64,000 nt of DNA from Podarcis vaucheri. Its lineage: Eukaryota. The number at the start of each line of letters is the position of its first letter. Positions within the stretch are counted from its first letter, which is position 1. A model generated the notes under the pieces. That model ran no database searches. It was not told the DNA's origin and saw only the letters and a list, made by a program, of their open reading frames with translations. Positions 34,606-49,230 of the stretch are shown here, piece by piece. The stretch lies in assembly GCA_965113315.1 (NCBI GenBank), contig OZ220365.1. One strand, written 5' to 3'. The position numbers and the translations under genes were made by a program.

Positions 34606-36152
34606 CTAGAAGAGAAACGAAGAGGGTTCAGTGTGTCGATTTGCTAAAATTAGTTCATGAGCAATCCTGAGCATCTCTCCGTAATATCTTTTCCCACATT
34701 ACTGTGTGTATTGCTGCACTTGCTCTTGTCTCTCACCCGGTCTACCTCAGGTATGCAGCCTCAGTTCACCTGGACCCTGCTAGGCCCTGCGTATGCATCA
34801 CACCCGGCACTTATGGTACCCTATATAGGCACGATAGGGCACCCATGATGGATCGAAATGGATGACATTGTGCCAGGACTGTGTCTCTCCTTTACAAGAG
34901 TCTTGGGCCCTTCATGCCACTTTTGATAAGGCTCCTGAGGACTTTGGCGTTATGATTAGAACAGCAGAAAAGCAGCCATGGCGCCTAAACTAGAGCGAGG
35001 CAGTAAATTGTCTTGGCAAATCAAGGCTGGAAGTGGTCAAGGATCCCACTAAAACAGCTGGGGTCCCGGTCACTCCTATTTCCCCCTTCCAGGTGGATTA
35101 TGGTGATTCATAGCCCCATGTTTTAGGTGGGTCTCCTCATAGCAACTGTAAAATTGACCAGGGGGGGGGTTAGAATTGGAAATGTCCAACCCCTTGGATT
35201 GATATCAAAGGCGTGTTGTTTTTTAAAGGTGTTTTAAAGGTATTTCTTCCTTTTTGGTTGCTATCTGCCTCGCTTTGTGAGCTTTGCTAAAGGACTAAGT
35301 GAGGACCCTGTTTACTGCCTTAAGATTGGCAACTACGAATTTTTATTGCTCTGTGATGCTAGGGACTTAGATTTGTACAGGCATGCCAACTCTAGTGGGC
35401 AGAGGTTTTGTCAGCCCTCTCAAATATTGAGGGGGCAGAGGAGACCGAACCAACGAACAAGGTCTAACCAGCCTACACAGCATCTCCCAACACCATGCAG
35501 GCTGGTGCAGACTTCCACTAGGCCGGGCCAGTCTGGCTTGCATGGCATTGGAAGACGTGTGTGATGTCACATGACCCATGGCGTGTGTGATGTCACACAC
35601 ATGCCGCCGCCCCCCCCCAATCTTGGTGGGCAACCCGGCTCCTGTAGATTTGTAACGCAACTAGATGGGCTAAGGGAGACTGGAGTTATATCATTTACTT
35701 TGATTGGTCGCTTTGTCAATGCTGCTCTTTAATTCAATGTCACTTGTGAATCTATATGGTCCAAGCCCACCCAGTGGGCTTCATGGCTGAGTGGGAATTT
35801 GAACCCTGTTCTCCCAGGTCCTTGTCCACTACACCACACACTTGCATGCAAATGGAAACAAACATATAGGCAGCATATATTGTTTTCAGGTGATTTCACG
35901 CATGTGGCATGGCAGAGGCAATTCATCCTTTGCCCCAGGGGAAGGCAGTGATGCTTCTTTAAGAAGGCACTTGTCCTCTGCAGTTTTCACAAGTCATTTG
36001 GGCAAATCCACACCGTGATCAACTCCCGCCCGGAAACCAATGTCCCCACTGTGGAAGGACGTGTGGATCCAGAATTGGCCTCCACAGTCACTTACAGACT
36101 CATTGTTAAAACCGTGTTTATGGAAGACAATCTTACTTGGCTACGAGTAATC

Positions 36153-36322
36153 NNNNNNNNNNNNNNNNNNNNNNNNNNNNNNNNNNNNNNNNNNNNNNNN
36201 NNNNNNNNNNNNNNNNNNNNNNNNNNNNNNNNNNNNNNNNNNNNNNNNNNNNNNNNNNNNNNNNNNNNNNNNNNNNNNNNNNNNNNNNNNNNNNNNNNNN
36301 NNNNNNNNNNNNNNNNNNNNNN
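36153..36322. other. Assembly gap (170 N)
   Basis: Run of N directly adjacent to the MAL exon 3 donor. Confidence 0.99.
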
Positions 36323-36325
36323 CAC

Positions 36326-36454
36326 CACTGCTGCAATATCTATTTGGTAGTATTTAAAATGATCCGGATAAGATTTCAGCTGATAGGTAGTATAGGCTTG
36401 CACAACTGACGCACTCAGGTAGAAGAGAGAAGCAATTACCTGGTAGAAAGCATC
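36326..36454 (-). CDS. MAL: MAL exon 3
   Basis: CAG acceptor; encodes DAFYQVIASLFYLSASVVQAYTTYQLKSYPDHFKYYQIDIAAV; GT donor lies immediately before the N gap. Confidence 0.92.
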
Positions 36455-37013
36455 CTGGAAAAGAAAACAACACAAAGACCCTAAGACCAGCGCAAGAGAA
36501 TGTGTCCCCGCCATATCCCTGTGCCAGAGAACACTTGACACTGGTGAGAAGTTTGTTTTGCTTAGTGGCAGTTTTATAGGATACGCTGCCATGACTAACA
36601 GCTTTAGAGGGAGCGTTTGTATCCAGGAGGAGAGGAATGCTGTATTCTGAGCAGAGTCAGTGCCAAACTTTTCAAAAGCATGCAAGGACCATGCAATTCT
36701 GGACAAGAATTTGCCAGGGCCTCTGACCTGGGCATGCCTCAGAACTAAATGGATGCCAAATCGAGAGCAGTGACTCGTACTAAGATTTGGCAGGTAGCTA
36801 CCTCTGTGTACTTTGGGCTCTGTTTAAATGCATTTCTCATAGCATTCTAAGGCTGGTTCTGATATAATGAGAAGCACCCCACAGTGCTCACACTCTGGCC
36901 CACACACTGCTCTTCACAGCCGCAGGGAGGAGTTTAGAAGCACTGGCTTCCATTTTTACACAAAGCACAGTTTCCTGCTTTGTGGTTTAATCCTGGAAAC
37001 TGTAATTTGTTTA

Positions 37014-37325
<312 letters not shown>

Positions 37326-40300
37326 CTACAATAAAGTGTAAGAAAAGTAGTTCAGTCACAAGCCCTTACAATGATTAATCAGATCTGTTCTGGAAGACCT
37401 GTTTTCGTACAAATTACTTGGCCGGACAACTCCATTGCAAAATGCAGAGAAGTGCACATTTTGAAGGATGACTGCGATTCAATTCACATATTGTTTTGGA
37501 AAGTGCGCTTTTCCTGGTTCTGGGAGACCAGGGGGTGGGAGAACACTTTGCAGCAGAAAAGGGAGATGCCAGTGCCTCTTCTCCAGCCGGACTCACCTCT
37601 GCCTCCCTCATCCTACTCTTCTGATTCAGCTTCTGCCCTTGATTCTGAACTGCTCTCTGCCACAGACTCTCCCAGCTCACTAAACCCTGTTACCTCTTCA
37701 GCTTCTGACCCCCCCTCCTCCTCCCAGTCTTCTCTGTCCACTCACTGTTGTCCCACCACCAATCCCCTGCCTCTGAGCCTTCTTCCCCTGGGGGTTCCCC
37801 AGCTTGTGCCTCCCACAATTCCTCTGCATCCAACCAGTTTTGCAACAGCAATTTTGCTTCCCAGCTTTGACAATATAAGTACTGCTGGGCCCCTATCAAC
37901 AATTGGCTTACTACTATTAGAAATTGAGGTTTGCTTGCCACCAATAGATCCACGCTTCCCAGGAGCACTCAATACAACCCTAAAGTCCCCCTCCAACATG
38001 TTCACAGAGGAAATAGATATATTTCTTGTTAACGTCCCTCCTTTTAAAGCCATAGATCACTGTCCAAAGACTCAGGTTTGCAGAATGCTGAAGATTCATT
38101 CACTTCTTCTGCATTGGCTGCCGTAGTGAATTGCTTGTTTTTTATCCAGGCCTTTGAGAGGCAATGGTAGTCTGGTAAAGTTTTAGGTTATTGGTGGAAT
38201 CTGCTGCTGTATCTATACATTGATATCATAGAATCATAGAATTTCAGAGTTGGAAGGTGGCCTAAGGGTCATCTAGTCCAAACCTATATATAATAAAAGA
38301 GTTTTTAACAGTTGCTTTAGTTATTGTTATTATATGGATATTGTAATTTTATAGTGGTGTGTTTTTTTTAATGTTGTCAACCATCCTGGTATCTAAACGG
38401 ATGGTTTAAAAATGGAATAAATAAATTGTAAACATTTAAAATAAAATAAAATTTAAGTGTTGTTAGAATATATCCAATCTGGAATAAATGCAACTCAAAA
38501 CATATTCAGCAATATAGGTAGAAATGGAATGAGATTAGTACACTAGTATTTGGTGTCCATTTGCATGTATACAGACTCTCACTAAGATGCAGAGCGGGAG
38601 AGAGAATTTTAACTTCTAGATTAAAATATCTTCTCAGTGCTTACAAAATGCCACATGCTTTTAGGTGCATAGATGTTCAAACTCAAGAGTGGCTGTTCCT
38701 CCCTCTCTTTCTCTCCCTCTCCATACGTGTGTCGAGCAGTTACTGTGCATAGCAACCAGCCATTGTGCACTTTCACCAAGTCTCATGGTGAATGTGCACT
38801 TAATCCTTCCATTAAGAGGGAACTGCGCACATTTCCTGGTAAATAAACATATTTTCCTACAAACCTTGGAAAATAGGCATATATCAAACGAATTTTGTAC
38901 ATTCTCCGGTCATTCTGCATAATTCCCAATAGGCGGGTAAATGTGCACAACGGTCAATTGTTATGTGCATTAACCACTCAGTGGGTTGGTGCTGTCTTGG
39001 CTTCTGAAGGAACAGCACTCAGAGAACTGAGATTGCCATTAGCATTGACAGTGGTGCTGGTGATAAGCAAGAGGTACCAAGAGGGAAGTCTGAGAGCAGC
39101 GCCAGGAAGGCAAAAGGCAGCGCTCTGCTCCTGGCATCCCTCCAGCTGCTGGAGATTGCCACGCCTCTCCGTACAAATGTAACTATTCTTAGAACTAAAG
39201 GCGCAATGCTGGGGTGGGGTGCCAAGCATCCCCGGCCAGTGTGCATTGGAGGAGAGGACCAGTAATATCATAGCCAGGAGCTGCCCCTCCTTCCACAAAC
39301 ATATTGGCATGAAAGCACCTGGAACAGCTGCCCGGCCCTGCTTTCAAATGCTTCTCACCTTGCCATGCTCAGCTGGCAAACATACAGAAGCCCTGAACGA
39401 ACATTGCCAGCCAGCAACGCAAAACGTTGCGGCAAATCGAGTTGCCAAGCGACCAGAAGCCAACCTTTGCCTCTAACAATTATTACTACTTCACAAAATT
39501 TATGCACATCTTGATTGTTTATAAAAGAAATGCAACCAAAAAATGCAGAATATGTGGGGAGGGGGAGATGAAACTTACGAGATCTACACTAGCACATGCT
39601 AATATTATATCTTGTTCCTGTTAAAGTTACAGGAGCCAGTAATAAGGTGACTGTCCTGCCTGGCCCCAATTTTTGCCCATATTGCACATTAATATAGATG
39701 AAAGGAAATAAGATTCATTTTAGCCGCCAAAACCTTTGCTCTCTTGTTTCAGCATCACCTGACTCCTGATGTCTATATATATCGCTGCCAATCTCTCGTA
39801 ACAGCACATGTTAAAAAGGTGTGGTAGATTTATTTTCCTCCCAAGCTAGATTTGCTGTCATGATTTTTACCTCTGCCCTTTTCGCTTTGTTTTCAAACGA
39901 AGCCATCTTTCTGTCAATCGCAGAACTTTCGCTCATATAAATTAGTCTTCTACCACATTTGTATACGCAGGAAAAAAGATAACAGAAGATAAAGGATTCA
40001 TCCTAGCAGATTCTCTAGTATCAATAGTTCTGTTAATATTTTCAGTTTGAGATATAAATGAATGAAGATGAGATGGAACATTCTTAGGCGTGAGGAAAAT
40101 TCAAAGCAGTTCATGGTCAGGCAATTCCAAAGACAATGGGGAAGGGGGTGACAACCCCAAGACCTAAGAGTTAAGGATTTTGTTTTGGAAATCAAAGGAA
40201 ATCTATTGTGTGGAAGACACTGGGGAAGCCAATATTCCCAGATCAGGCTTTTGATGACATGAATAGTACCTTGTTAAAGAATGTGGAACTTAGTTCCTTT

Positions 40301-41531
40301 CTTTGTTATCTGTGACGCATAAGCCCATCGGAAATCTCTAGAAGTCTAGAGAAAATAATATACTGAATTAGCTTCCTCCACCAGAACTTCTTTGGCTTTG
40401 GGGGCAGGGAAGCTCTTTCTTCTCTTTCTCATCGGGACAACTCAGAAATAATCTATCGGGTAAGACTCTTTAGGGAACAGCAAAATGCATCAAACAGCCG
40501 TAAAGTAAGACTTTTGAAATTTGCTTTTTTGCAGTCCCTGTGTTGTGCCTTGGCTATGTTCCGTCCTTTCACACCATGTCTTGTAATTATGTAAATATTG
40601 CTTGATTTTTTCTGAAATAAACTAGCTACTTCTACGACCTTCTCTCAGATCTTTTTGATTTGAGAGTATATGCTGTCAGAGTGCACAATGAGGCTCAGGC
40701 AGGTGTTTCATGGGAGTTCTTACTTTTCCTAGTTAGCTGATAAAAACATAAGAAGAAACAGTGGAAGGAGGTCCATTAGGGGAAAGGGGTACTGCCCCAC
40801 CAAACTCTGCCCTTAACCAGCCTCCACCTGCCTGCCTTCTTACGTACACCCAGTATATTCCCCCCTATCAGTTTCCTTCTCCTTACTCTCAGTGTTACCA
40901 TGATAGAACTCAATAGGGTCAAAACTAGAATCAGCCAGCTCTGACTGTCATTGACTCCAACTACAATTGGGTTCTAAGTCTTCTGCTCTACTAGTCTCTA
41001 TGGGCACCGGCAACTACTGGAACCAATGGACCATCTAGCCAGGCTGTTCTCATAGTGGCCAACTAGATGGCTGTGGGAAGCCCAGAAGCCCAACCTGAGC
41101 ACAACAGTATTCTCCCCAGTTATGATCCACAGCAGTTGGTATTCAGAGGCATAATGCCTCTGACAATGTATGTAGAGCATTGCCTCTGATGGCTTTATCC
41201 TCTGTGAATCTGCCCACTCCACATTAATCACCATCACTACTTCTTTGGGGACCAAATTCCAAAGTTGAACTATGCGCTGTGTGAAGAAGTACCGGTACTT
41301 TCTATTGTCCATCCTGAATCTTCCAACATTCAACTTTGTTGGATGTCCATGGGGGAGGGAGAAAAATGCATCTCTACCAACTTTCTCTACACCATGTATA
41401 ATAACTTGGTGTTACCTAAATACTGGGGGCGGGGGATGATGCTCTCCTAAGCAGGGCAGAAACTATAAAAAGCAGGGCTTTAATACAAGCAGGTAGAGCT
41501 TTAAAGCACAATGTCTGCTGAGAAGTAAGCT

Positions 41532-42243
41532 CCGTGGGCTAAAGCCTCAACGCCTAGGGCTTGCCGATCGAAAGGTCGGCGGTTCGAATCCCCGAGGCGG
41601 GGTGCGCTCCCGTTGTTCGGTCCCAGCGCCTGCCCACCTAGCAGTTCGAAAGCACCCCTGGGTGCAAGTAGATAAATAGGTACCGCTTACCAGCGGGAAG
41701 GTAAACGGCGTTCCGTGTGCGGCTCTGGCTCGCCAGAGCAGCGATGTCACGCTGGCCACGTGACCCGGAAGTGTCCCCGGACAGCGCTGGCCCCCGGCCA
41801 ATAAATGTGAGATGGGCGCACAAACCCCACAGTCTGTCAAGACTGGCCCATTCGGGCAGGGGTACCTTTACCTTTACCTTACTCCCAGGGATGCGGGTGG
41901 CGCTGTGGGTTAAACCACAGAGCCTAGGACTTGCCGATCAGAAGGTCGGCGGTTCGAATCCCCGCGACGGGGTGAGCTCCCATTGCTCGATCCCTGCTGC
42001 TGCCAACCTAGCAGTTCGAAAGCACACCAGTGCAAGTAGATAAATAGGTACCGCTCTGGTGGGAAAGTAAACGGCATTTCCGTGCGCTGCTGTGGTTCAC
42101 TAGAAGCTGCTTAGTCATGCTGGCCACATGACCCAGAAGCTGTATGCTGGCTCCCTTGGCCAGTAAAGCGAGATGAGCGCCGCAACCCCAAAGTCATCTG
42201 TGACTGGACCTAACGGTCAGGGGTCCCTTTACCTTTACCTTTA
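41532..42243 (+). mobile_element. Two head-to-tail Sauria SINEs (~41532-41880 and 41887-42243)
   Basis: Each ends in an ACCTTT tail; their 3' halves differ, consistent with two subfamilies. Confidence 0.9.
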
Positions 42244-44547
42244 GGTGTGTATAGGACTGCAGCATCAGTTAATTTAAAAGTGCTGCATATTAAGAGCACT
42301 GGGTAGAAAGGTACTGATGGTGACTAGTCCCTTTTCACATACCCACATTCCAGAATTATTGCTAGAACCAGATATCCTGTGATTGTCTAGATATTCTTGA
42401 ATTCCCTCAGTCCCAGCCAGCATGACCAATGGTCAGGGTGATGGGAATTCTAGTCCAGCAACATCTGGACTTCTGGACTCAGGCTGAAACCCCACCTCCA
42501 AGTGAAACAAAGCCTGTGTATTTCTTCATGTGCACATGCACACAAAATTACTGTCAGCTCACCACTTTCTCATCTCTGCCACTGTCTGCTTTTAGGCTGT
42601 AATACTTTTTCAGGAGCCATCAGGTCCATCTTGCTAATGTCATTCTAGCGCTGCCATACGTCTGGAATTTCCCGGACATAGCCGGGATTCGGCTGTCAAA
42701 AGCAGCGTCCGGAAATTTTCATTTGCTGGTTAAAATGTCTGGGGAAACCCGGACGTATGGCAACCCATGACGAAGTATCAATTTTTTTGCTTCTTCTTTT
42801 TTTAAAGAAAAGCTCAAAAGCGTCATTTTCTTTTTTTAGTGTTTGCAAAAAAGATCACCAGCTGTGGCCCAAAGAAGAAAAAACACTACCCCTTTCCCCT
42901 CCCCAAACAAACAAACAAATAGCTCATCAACTTTGGCAAAAGGGGGGGGGGGAAGCTGGACAACTTTTGTGTTTGGATTTTCACCTTTAAAAATATATAT
43001 ATATGGCAACCCTATTTGTGCCATGTCAACAACTATCGTTGAGTTGGCCTAGTTTCATTTCAGTTTTGCTTACTGTTTCATTGCCAGTAAAATGAAACAC
43101 GCATTTTAAAAGCGAGTGAGCATGGACTGCAAATTTGTTTTCGTTTTTGCACCTCTCTTTATGCAGATGTGTGCACTGGAGAGAAGAGAAATGTTTTGGC
43201 TGCAAAGGCAAACCGGGAGCACAGGAAGGTACCTGTTGGTTAATCTAACTCATGGCTGTCTGAGTGGCAGGCCGGTTCTTGCATGCAAAAGCACCACTGC
43301 CATCCTGCCGCCAGGGAGCGCGCGACGGAAGGGCAGCGCGCGGGGGGCGACCCGGCGTGACTCTAAAATACTTTTTAAAAACTTTAAAACTCACTAATTT
43401 TCATCTAAAATTTAGAAAACTTCCCAGGGCAGGACCCCAGTATGGGCCCCCCCAATATTTTTTATAAGTCGACGCCCCTGGACAATACACAAATGGAAAT
43501 GCAGCCTTCCTTCAAAATTCACACTTCACAATTTTGCAATGCAGTTCTCCAACCATGTCACGTGTACAAAAAATGTATATTGGAGGGTAAAGTGTCTATT
43601 AAAAATGCATATATTAGTGCAAACAAATGCAAACAAATGCATTATATTTAACGGAAATTGCATACAAAATAGCATACAAAAATGTGTATATTAGAAAATT
43701 GCACTAAAATTCAGATGGATTTTCACAATGCCTTATTTATCTTTTTAAAAAACCAAACTCACATGGAAATGTGGAGAACTGAATTTATTTAACTGGCAAA
43801 ATGGAAAACAGAGAGAAACCAAAACTGATAAAGACTTGCCCATCCCTCACAATCAGCCAACAGCTGCAGGCCCTGTCCCAAACCCCACTCCACAGATCCA
43901 ATCCAGGTACCGTTTTCAAGAGCTGACAAACTAGCTAAATATGAAAAGTGCTTTCTTGTTTGTATGGAAACAGAAGCTGGCCCACCATTTCTCAGGTGAG
44001 GCTGAGCGCAGCAGCCCCAGGCACTGCTGGTTTTAAGTTTCTTTCCTGGTGAAGAGGGTTGGATTTTTTAAAGCAACACAGTAGAATATTTCATCTACGC
44101 TACTAAAATGTACCTCGATGGCTGTTGCGCTCTCTGCTCCCAAGTGGTCCTGAGTTTCTTGATCTGCTACCTGGGAGCACATGGCTTAATAGTTGGACAG
44201 TTGTGGGTACACTAGTTAGAGGAGGAAGGGCAGGCCCTACAGAGGCCAGACTTGTTGCCTCACCCAGCTGCCCTGAGGTAACGGCCTCATCTCACCTTAT
44301 TAGGGGTTCAGCATTCTGTGGCCACTGTGGACACTCAGTCCTCATTAGACTGTCTGGAAGGTTCTCTCTCTACTTTAGAAGTACAAAAAAAAAAAAACCT
44401 TTAGAGAGGGAGCCCTCTACAACGTTTGGGGCTACTCCAAGCCTACTGCTACGTCTCAGGGGCAGATGGGGCTTGTCAACCTGGGAAGGAAGCCCATCTA
44501 GGAGAAGGAATACTCTGGACCTAAAATTCTGCTTACTCATTGATGAG

Positions 44548-44800
44548 AAAGAAGAAGAAGAAGAGTTTGAATTTGATATCCCACTTTATCACTCCCCTTC
44601 AGGAGTCTCAAAGCGGCTAACATTCTCCTTTCCCTTCCTCCCCCACAACAAACACTCTGTGAGGTGAGTGGGGCTGAGAGACTTCAGAGAAGTGTGACTG
44701 GCCCAAGGTCACCCAGCAGCTGCCTGTGGAGGAGCGGAGACGCGAACCCGGTTCACCAGATTACGAGACTACCGCTCTTAACCACCACACCACACTGGCT
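44548..44800 (-). mobile_element. Squam3-like SINE inserted in an older repeat
   Basis: Reverse complement of the 5046-5300 family. Confidence 0.85.
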
Positions 44801-45398
44801 CTCGGAAAGGCTTTGGGAGTAAACCCCAAGGAAAAATCTGAACATGGAGAAGAAAAGGCTAAGGAGTAAACCCTACACTAATCCATAGTGGTTGGATGGC
44901 GCCTTGTACGCCTCCTTCCAACAAATCCTGCAGCCAAGCTGGTGCCGAATGTATTGCTCTGCTTTCCTTTAGACCCCATCAGTGAGTCTTGCCATCTGGG
45001 CAGTCTAAGACCTCCATGTACACTGCCCAGGCTTGCACCCCAATGCGGTCACTTCAGTGCTGCTAACGCAGCAAAAGCAACACAGGAGGCAGCAGTTACG
45101 AATCACTGGTCTCTGCAGCCACAGCAGGCGCTGTGATTCTCCAGCAATTTGACTTTACCCAGGAGGCGCACTCCATTGTCTTTCGAGACAGACGGGTGCC
45201 GACGACTGCTACCTCCCTCTCATGTGTGAATCATCAGCAATGGGAGCACCTACTGAACATATGAAATATGCGTGTAGAAGTTGAGTGGTATCAAGACGGG
45301 AGCTCCTCCTCTTCACTTTACATGTGTTCCTTATAACAGTATAGGAGCTGCCTTTTGCTGAATTAGACCACTGATCTAGTTCAGTATTGTCTACATAC

Positions 45399-45535
45399 CA
45401 GTGATTCCCAAACTTGGGTCTCCAGCTGTTTTTGGACTAGAACTCCCATCATCCCTGGCCACTGGTCCTGCTGGCTAGGGATGATGGGAGTTGTAGTCCG
45501 AAAACAGCTGGAGATCCAAATTGGGGAAAGACTTG
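45399..45535. mobile_element. Palindromic hAT-type MITE
   Basis: Near-perfect hairpin ctccagctgtttttggacta...tagtccgaaaacagctggag; related fragments at ~9945, 42405, 46075, 47450, 47640, 47835 and 52205. Confidence 0.8.
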
Positions 45536-45708
45536 CCTATAATGACTGAGTGGAAGCGGCTCTTCAGTGTTTCGGGCAGGGGACTTCCTAGACCTAGGTG
45601 GAGATACTGGGGGTTGAACCAAGCACATTCTGCATGCAAAACAGATGCTCTGCCACTGAGCTATGCCCCTTACCCCTCGGGGTAGCCAACATGAACCCAT
45701 CCCTTGAT

Positions 45709-46055
45709 AGTAAAGGGACCCCTGACCATGAGGTCCAGTCACGGACGACTCTGGGGTTGCAGCGCTCATCTCGCTTTATTGGCCGAGGGAGCCGGCGTAC
45801 GGCTTCCAGGTCATGTGGCCAGCATGACTAAGCCGCTTCTGGCGAACCAGAGCTGTGCACAGAAACGCTGTTTATCTTCCCGCCGGAGCGGTACCTATTT
45901 ATCTACTTGCACTTTGACGTGCTTTTGAACTGCTAGGTTGGCAGGAGCAGGGACCGAGCAACGGGAGCTCACCCCGCCGTGGGGATTCGAACTGCCGACC
46001 TTCTGATCGTCAAGTCCTAGGCTCTGTGGTTTAACCCACAGCGCCACCCGCGTCC
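45709..46055 (-). mobile_element. Sauria SINE, full length
   Basis: Close match to the other copies. Confidence 0.9.
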
Positions 46056-47030
46056 CCTCCGTCCCTCTGTAATACTGGGCTACAATTTCCATCATCCCTG
46101 GCCATTGGCCATGCTGACTGAGACTCATGGGAGTTGAGCCCACCACCAATCTATGGAAGCCACCATGTTGTCTACCTCTTGCATCCTAACCTTTGTAGAG
46201 ATGCCCCTGGAACACGTACAATTGCGCACACAGAGCAGATGTGATTTAGAGGCATGTTAAGGATGCAGTTCACAATTACTGAGGGTTCGATCCTCTTTAG
46301 AAGTTAATTCTGGCCAGCAGGGATGGGGAGAGAAGCTGATTCCCTTCCCACCCCCTGGAGAGGAAACGTTGCTGAATACACTCAAGCAGCAGCTATTTTT
46401 AAACCACATGCAAATCCATTGCGGAGGAATCTGCAATGGTCAATTTATCAACACATTACCCGAGAAGCCAGCGCAAGGCAGAGCAAATGCGGAGTTAATG
46501 AATATTGCAGGCAGAAAGGCACCCCCAGCCGTGCGCAGCAGCTGGGAGAGAGAGGGAGGCAACTCAGGGAAATCCTTGGTGTGGAAATAGGGAAATAACA
46601 AAGAACGTTCCTTTTCCTTTCTTCCTTTTGTCAGGTGCTGGAGGGTAAGGCAACGTCTGTTGGTTCCAAGACAATGTTGCTATTGTTGTTGGAATTAGCC
46701 TGACGGTCTCAAGAGACATTGGAGTATACCTCCAGGGGTGAAGTCAAACCACAAAGGTGCCCTTCCCAGGATGGAAGCCTGGGCAGCGTGTGTGGAGGTC
46801 CTGGCTGCCCAGATGACGAGACTCGCTGATGGGGTCTAAAGGAAAGCAGAGCAACACATTTGGCACCAGCTTGGCTGCAGGAGTTGCCGGAAGGAGGCAT
46901 ATAAGGCGCCATGCAACTGCCTTAGGGACTTCACTCAGGATTTGTGGTGGGATTACTCCTTAAAGCCTTTTCTTGTCTCGAAGATGTTCTGCAAGGCAGG
47001 TTTAGGATCTCAGTTTTCCTTCTCCTAGAT

Positions 47031-47362
47031 CAGGGGTCTGCAACCCGCGGCTCCGGAGCCGCATGTGGCTCTTTTACACCTTTGCCACGGCTCCGAGGCG
47101 GATACTAGCGAGGGGAGGAGGCGCATTGTGCCCCCCAACACTCCCCACTGTGGCAGGCGCTGTACTGGCTGTGACGTCGCATGGGGGCGGTGCGTGCGTT
47201 AGTCATGCACTGTCCCGACGTCACCTTCCCGCCCGCTATCAGATCGCGGCTCCGGAGATATATTTGTTTTAAATGTTGCAATGGTTTTGCGGCTCCCAGG
47301 TTTTTTTCCCTTCGGAAACAGGTCCAAGTGGCTCTTTTTGTCTTAAAGGTTGCAGACCCATG
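47031..47362. mobile_element. hAT MITE
   Basis: TIRs CAGGGGTCTGCAACC / GGTTGCAGACCCATG; 8-bp TSD TCCTAGAT. Confidence 0.9.
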
Positions 47363-48318
47363 TCCTAGATAGACTACCTTCCCAGGCTCACAAGCCCCAT
47401 CGGCCCCTTCCAAGACAGTACATAATTAAGATCAGCCTTTGCCAAGCAGGTGCCCTCCAGATGTTTTGGACCACAACTCCCATCAGCCCCATCAGAGCAT
47501 CTAGATCCCCCTGCCCTGATTCACTGGGCTTCTGTGTGCAGGAAAATAGTCTTCAGAAGAATGTCCTGATCACACCATACATCTTGTTTTAGAAGATGAT
47601 AGAAGAGGAGAACCCAGGGCTGCTGTTCTTCTAGATCAGGGTTTCCCAAACTTAGATCTCCAGCTTTTTTTTGGACTACAACTCCCATCATCCCTGGCTA
47701 GCAGGACCAGTGGTCAGGGATGATGAATTATGGGCACCATGTCCTTTTGCGCCTTAAGAGTGACAGTCTTATTACAGCATAAGCCTTCGTGGCTGCAGAT
47801 GCTCTACCTGAAGGTTGCCTGTAGTGCCTCCCCTAACCTGGTCCCCTCCAGAAGTTGCTAGACTACAGCTCCCATCATCCATTACCATTGGCCGTGCTCC
47901 TTGGGGCTGATGGGTTCTGCAGGCCAACCTATCTGGAGGGTAGCAGGCTGGCGAAGCCTGGCCTAGGCAACAATAACTTCTTTTTAGTATTTTATGGTCC
48001 CAAGGGCTCTTTCATGTTACGGGCGCTCCATGTTATGGTATGAATTTGTATCCAGTTCTAGAGCTTCCCTGTGGCCGTAGCGCCTCTTCTTGTGCAACGC
48101 TGTGCTTTGACTCAACACACAAACTGGACCGGGCTGCTTTTCCCCAGCTACGTGCTACATTTGGAAACTTCTGAGTGACGTGGTATGACAAGAATGACTG
48201 GTGTCAAATGCAGGGACAACTCTCTGGGTTATAGGGAAACAAGCATAATATCTGCTGCAGGGCATGTTGCCAGATCATGGGCAGGCTGTTTCATTTGCTA
48301 GCAATGAATAGGTTAGAC

Positions 48319-48477
48319 CAGTGGCATAGGAAGGGGGGGTGCAGGGGTACAGGCTGCCCTGGGTGTCATCACTGAGGGGGGTGACAACATGGCAAAAATA
48401 TCTGTGTGGGCTCACAACACTTTTGTGGGGGGGAAATAACTCCCACACCTACTGCACCCCCCCTTCCTATGCCACTG
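48319..48477. mobile_element. hAT MITE
   Basis: TIRs cagtggcataggaagggggg / ccccccttcctatgccactg. Confidence 0.75.
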
Positions 48478-48594
48478 GTAGCTAGGTGAGGCGCAGGGCA
48501 CTGTGTGTCACACTGTGGGGCCTGCAGCGTACCTGAGTCATGCATCCCTCCTGAGGGGGAGACTGTCTGCAAGCTCCATACTGCTTTTTCTTTT

Positions 48595-49230
48595 CTTTTC
48601 TTCTTTTTGGAATATTTATTGAATTTTAGAACAATGAATGATACAAATCTCATTCATCATGTTATTTACAATTATTCTCCCTCCCCTCCTCTGGACTTCC
48701 CTCAACTCCCCTCTGCTGAGTTATTTAGTTTTATTTATCGTATCCTGCTTTTCCTACACAAAAATAAAACCCCTTATCATTTCTCTAAAATATGTGTTAC
48801 TCAAATGAAGTTGTGATAGTTTATTCAAATCCCGCCAGTGAATCCAGTCCATTCTGTTGTTTCTGCAAATAAACTGTAAATGGTTCCCAGACTCTTTTGA
48901 AGTCCTTTTTGTCCTCTTGTAGTTTGTCTGTTAACTTAGCCAATTCTGCATAGTTCATCAGCTTTTCTTGCCATTGTTCCTTTGATGGCATTTCTTCCAT
49001 CTTCCAATATGGTGCAATCAAGATTCTTGCCGCTGTTGTAGCATACATAAATAATGTCCATTTTTCTTTTGGTAGCTCTTGATTTGAGATTCCTAACAAA
49101 AAGGCTTCAGGGTGTTTGACAAAATTCATTTTAAACATTTTTTTTCAATTCATTGTATATCATTTCCCAATTTTTTTAATGCATTTGCATTCCCACCACA
49201 TATAACAAAATGTTCCTTCCTTTTCCTTAC
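48595..49230 (-). mobile_element. L1/Tx1 LINE 3' fragment
   Basis: PEAFLLGI...FMYATTAARILIA..WK and a nearby MWWEC motif; T-rich tail on the plus strand. Confidence 0.8.

Noticed and set aside
36092-36706. 204-aa minus-strand ORF
   Set aside because: MAL exon 3 plus intron sequence and the N gap
37371-38126. 251-aa Ser/Pro-rich ORF
   Set aside because: Low complexity, antisense within MAL intron 1, and overlaps what looks like an LTR-type repeat; no domain recognisable
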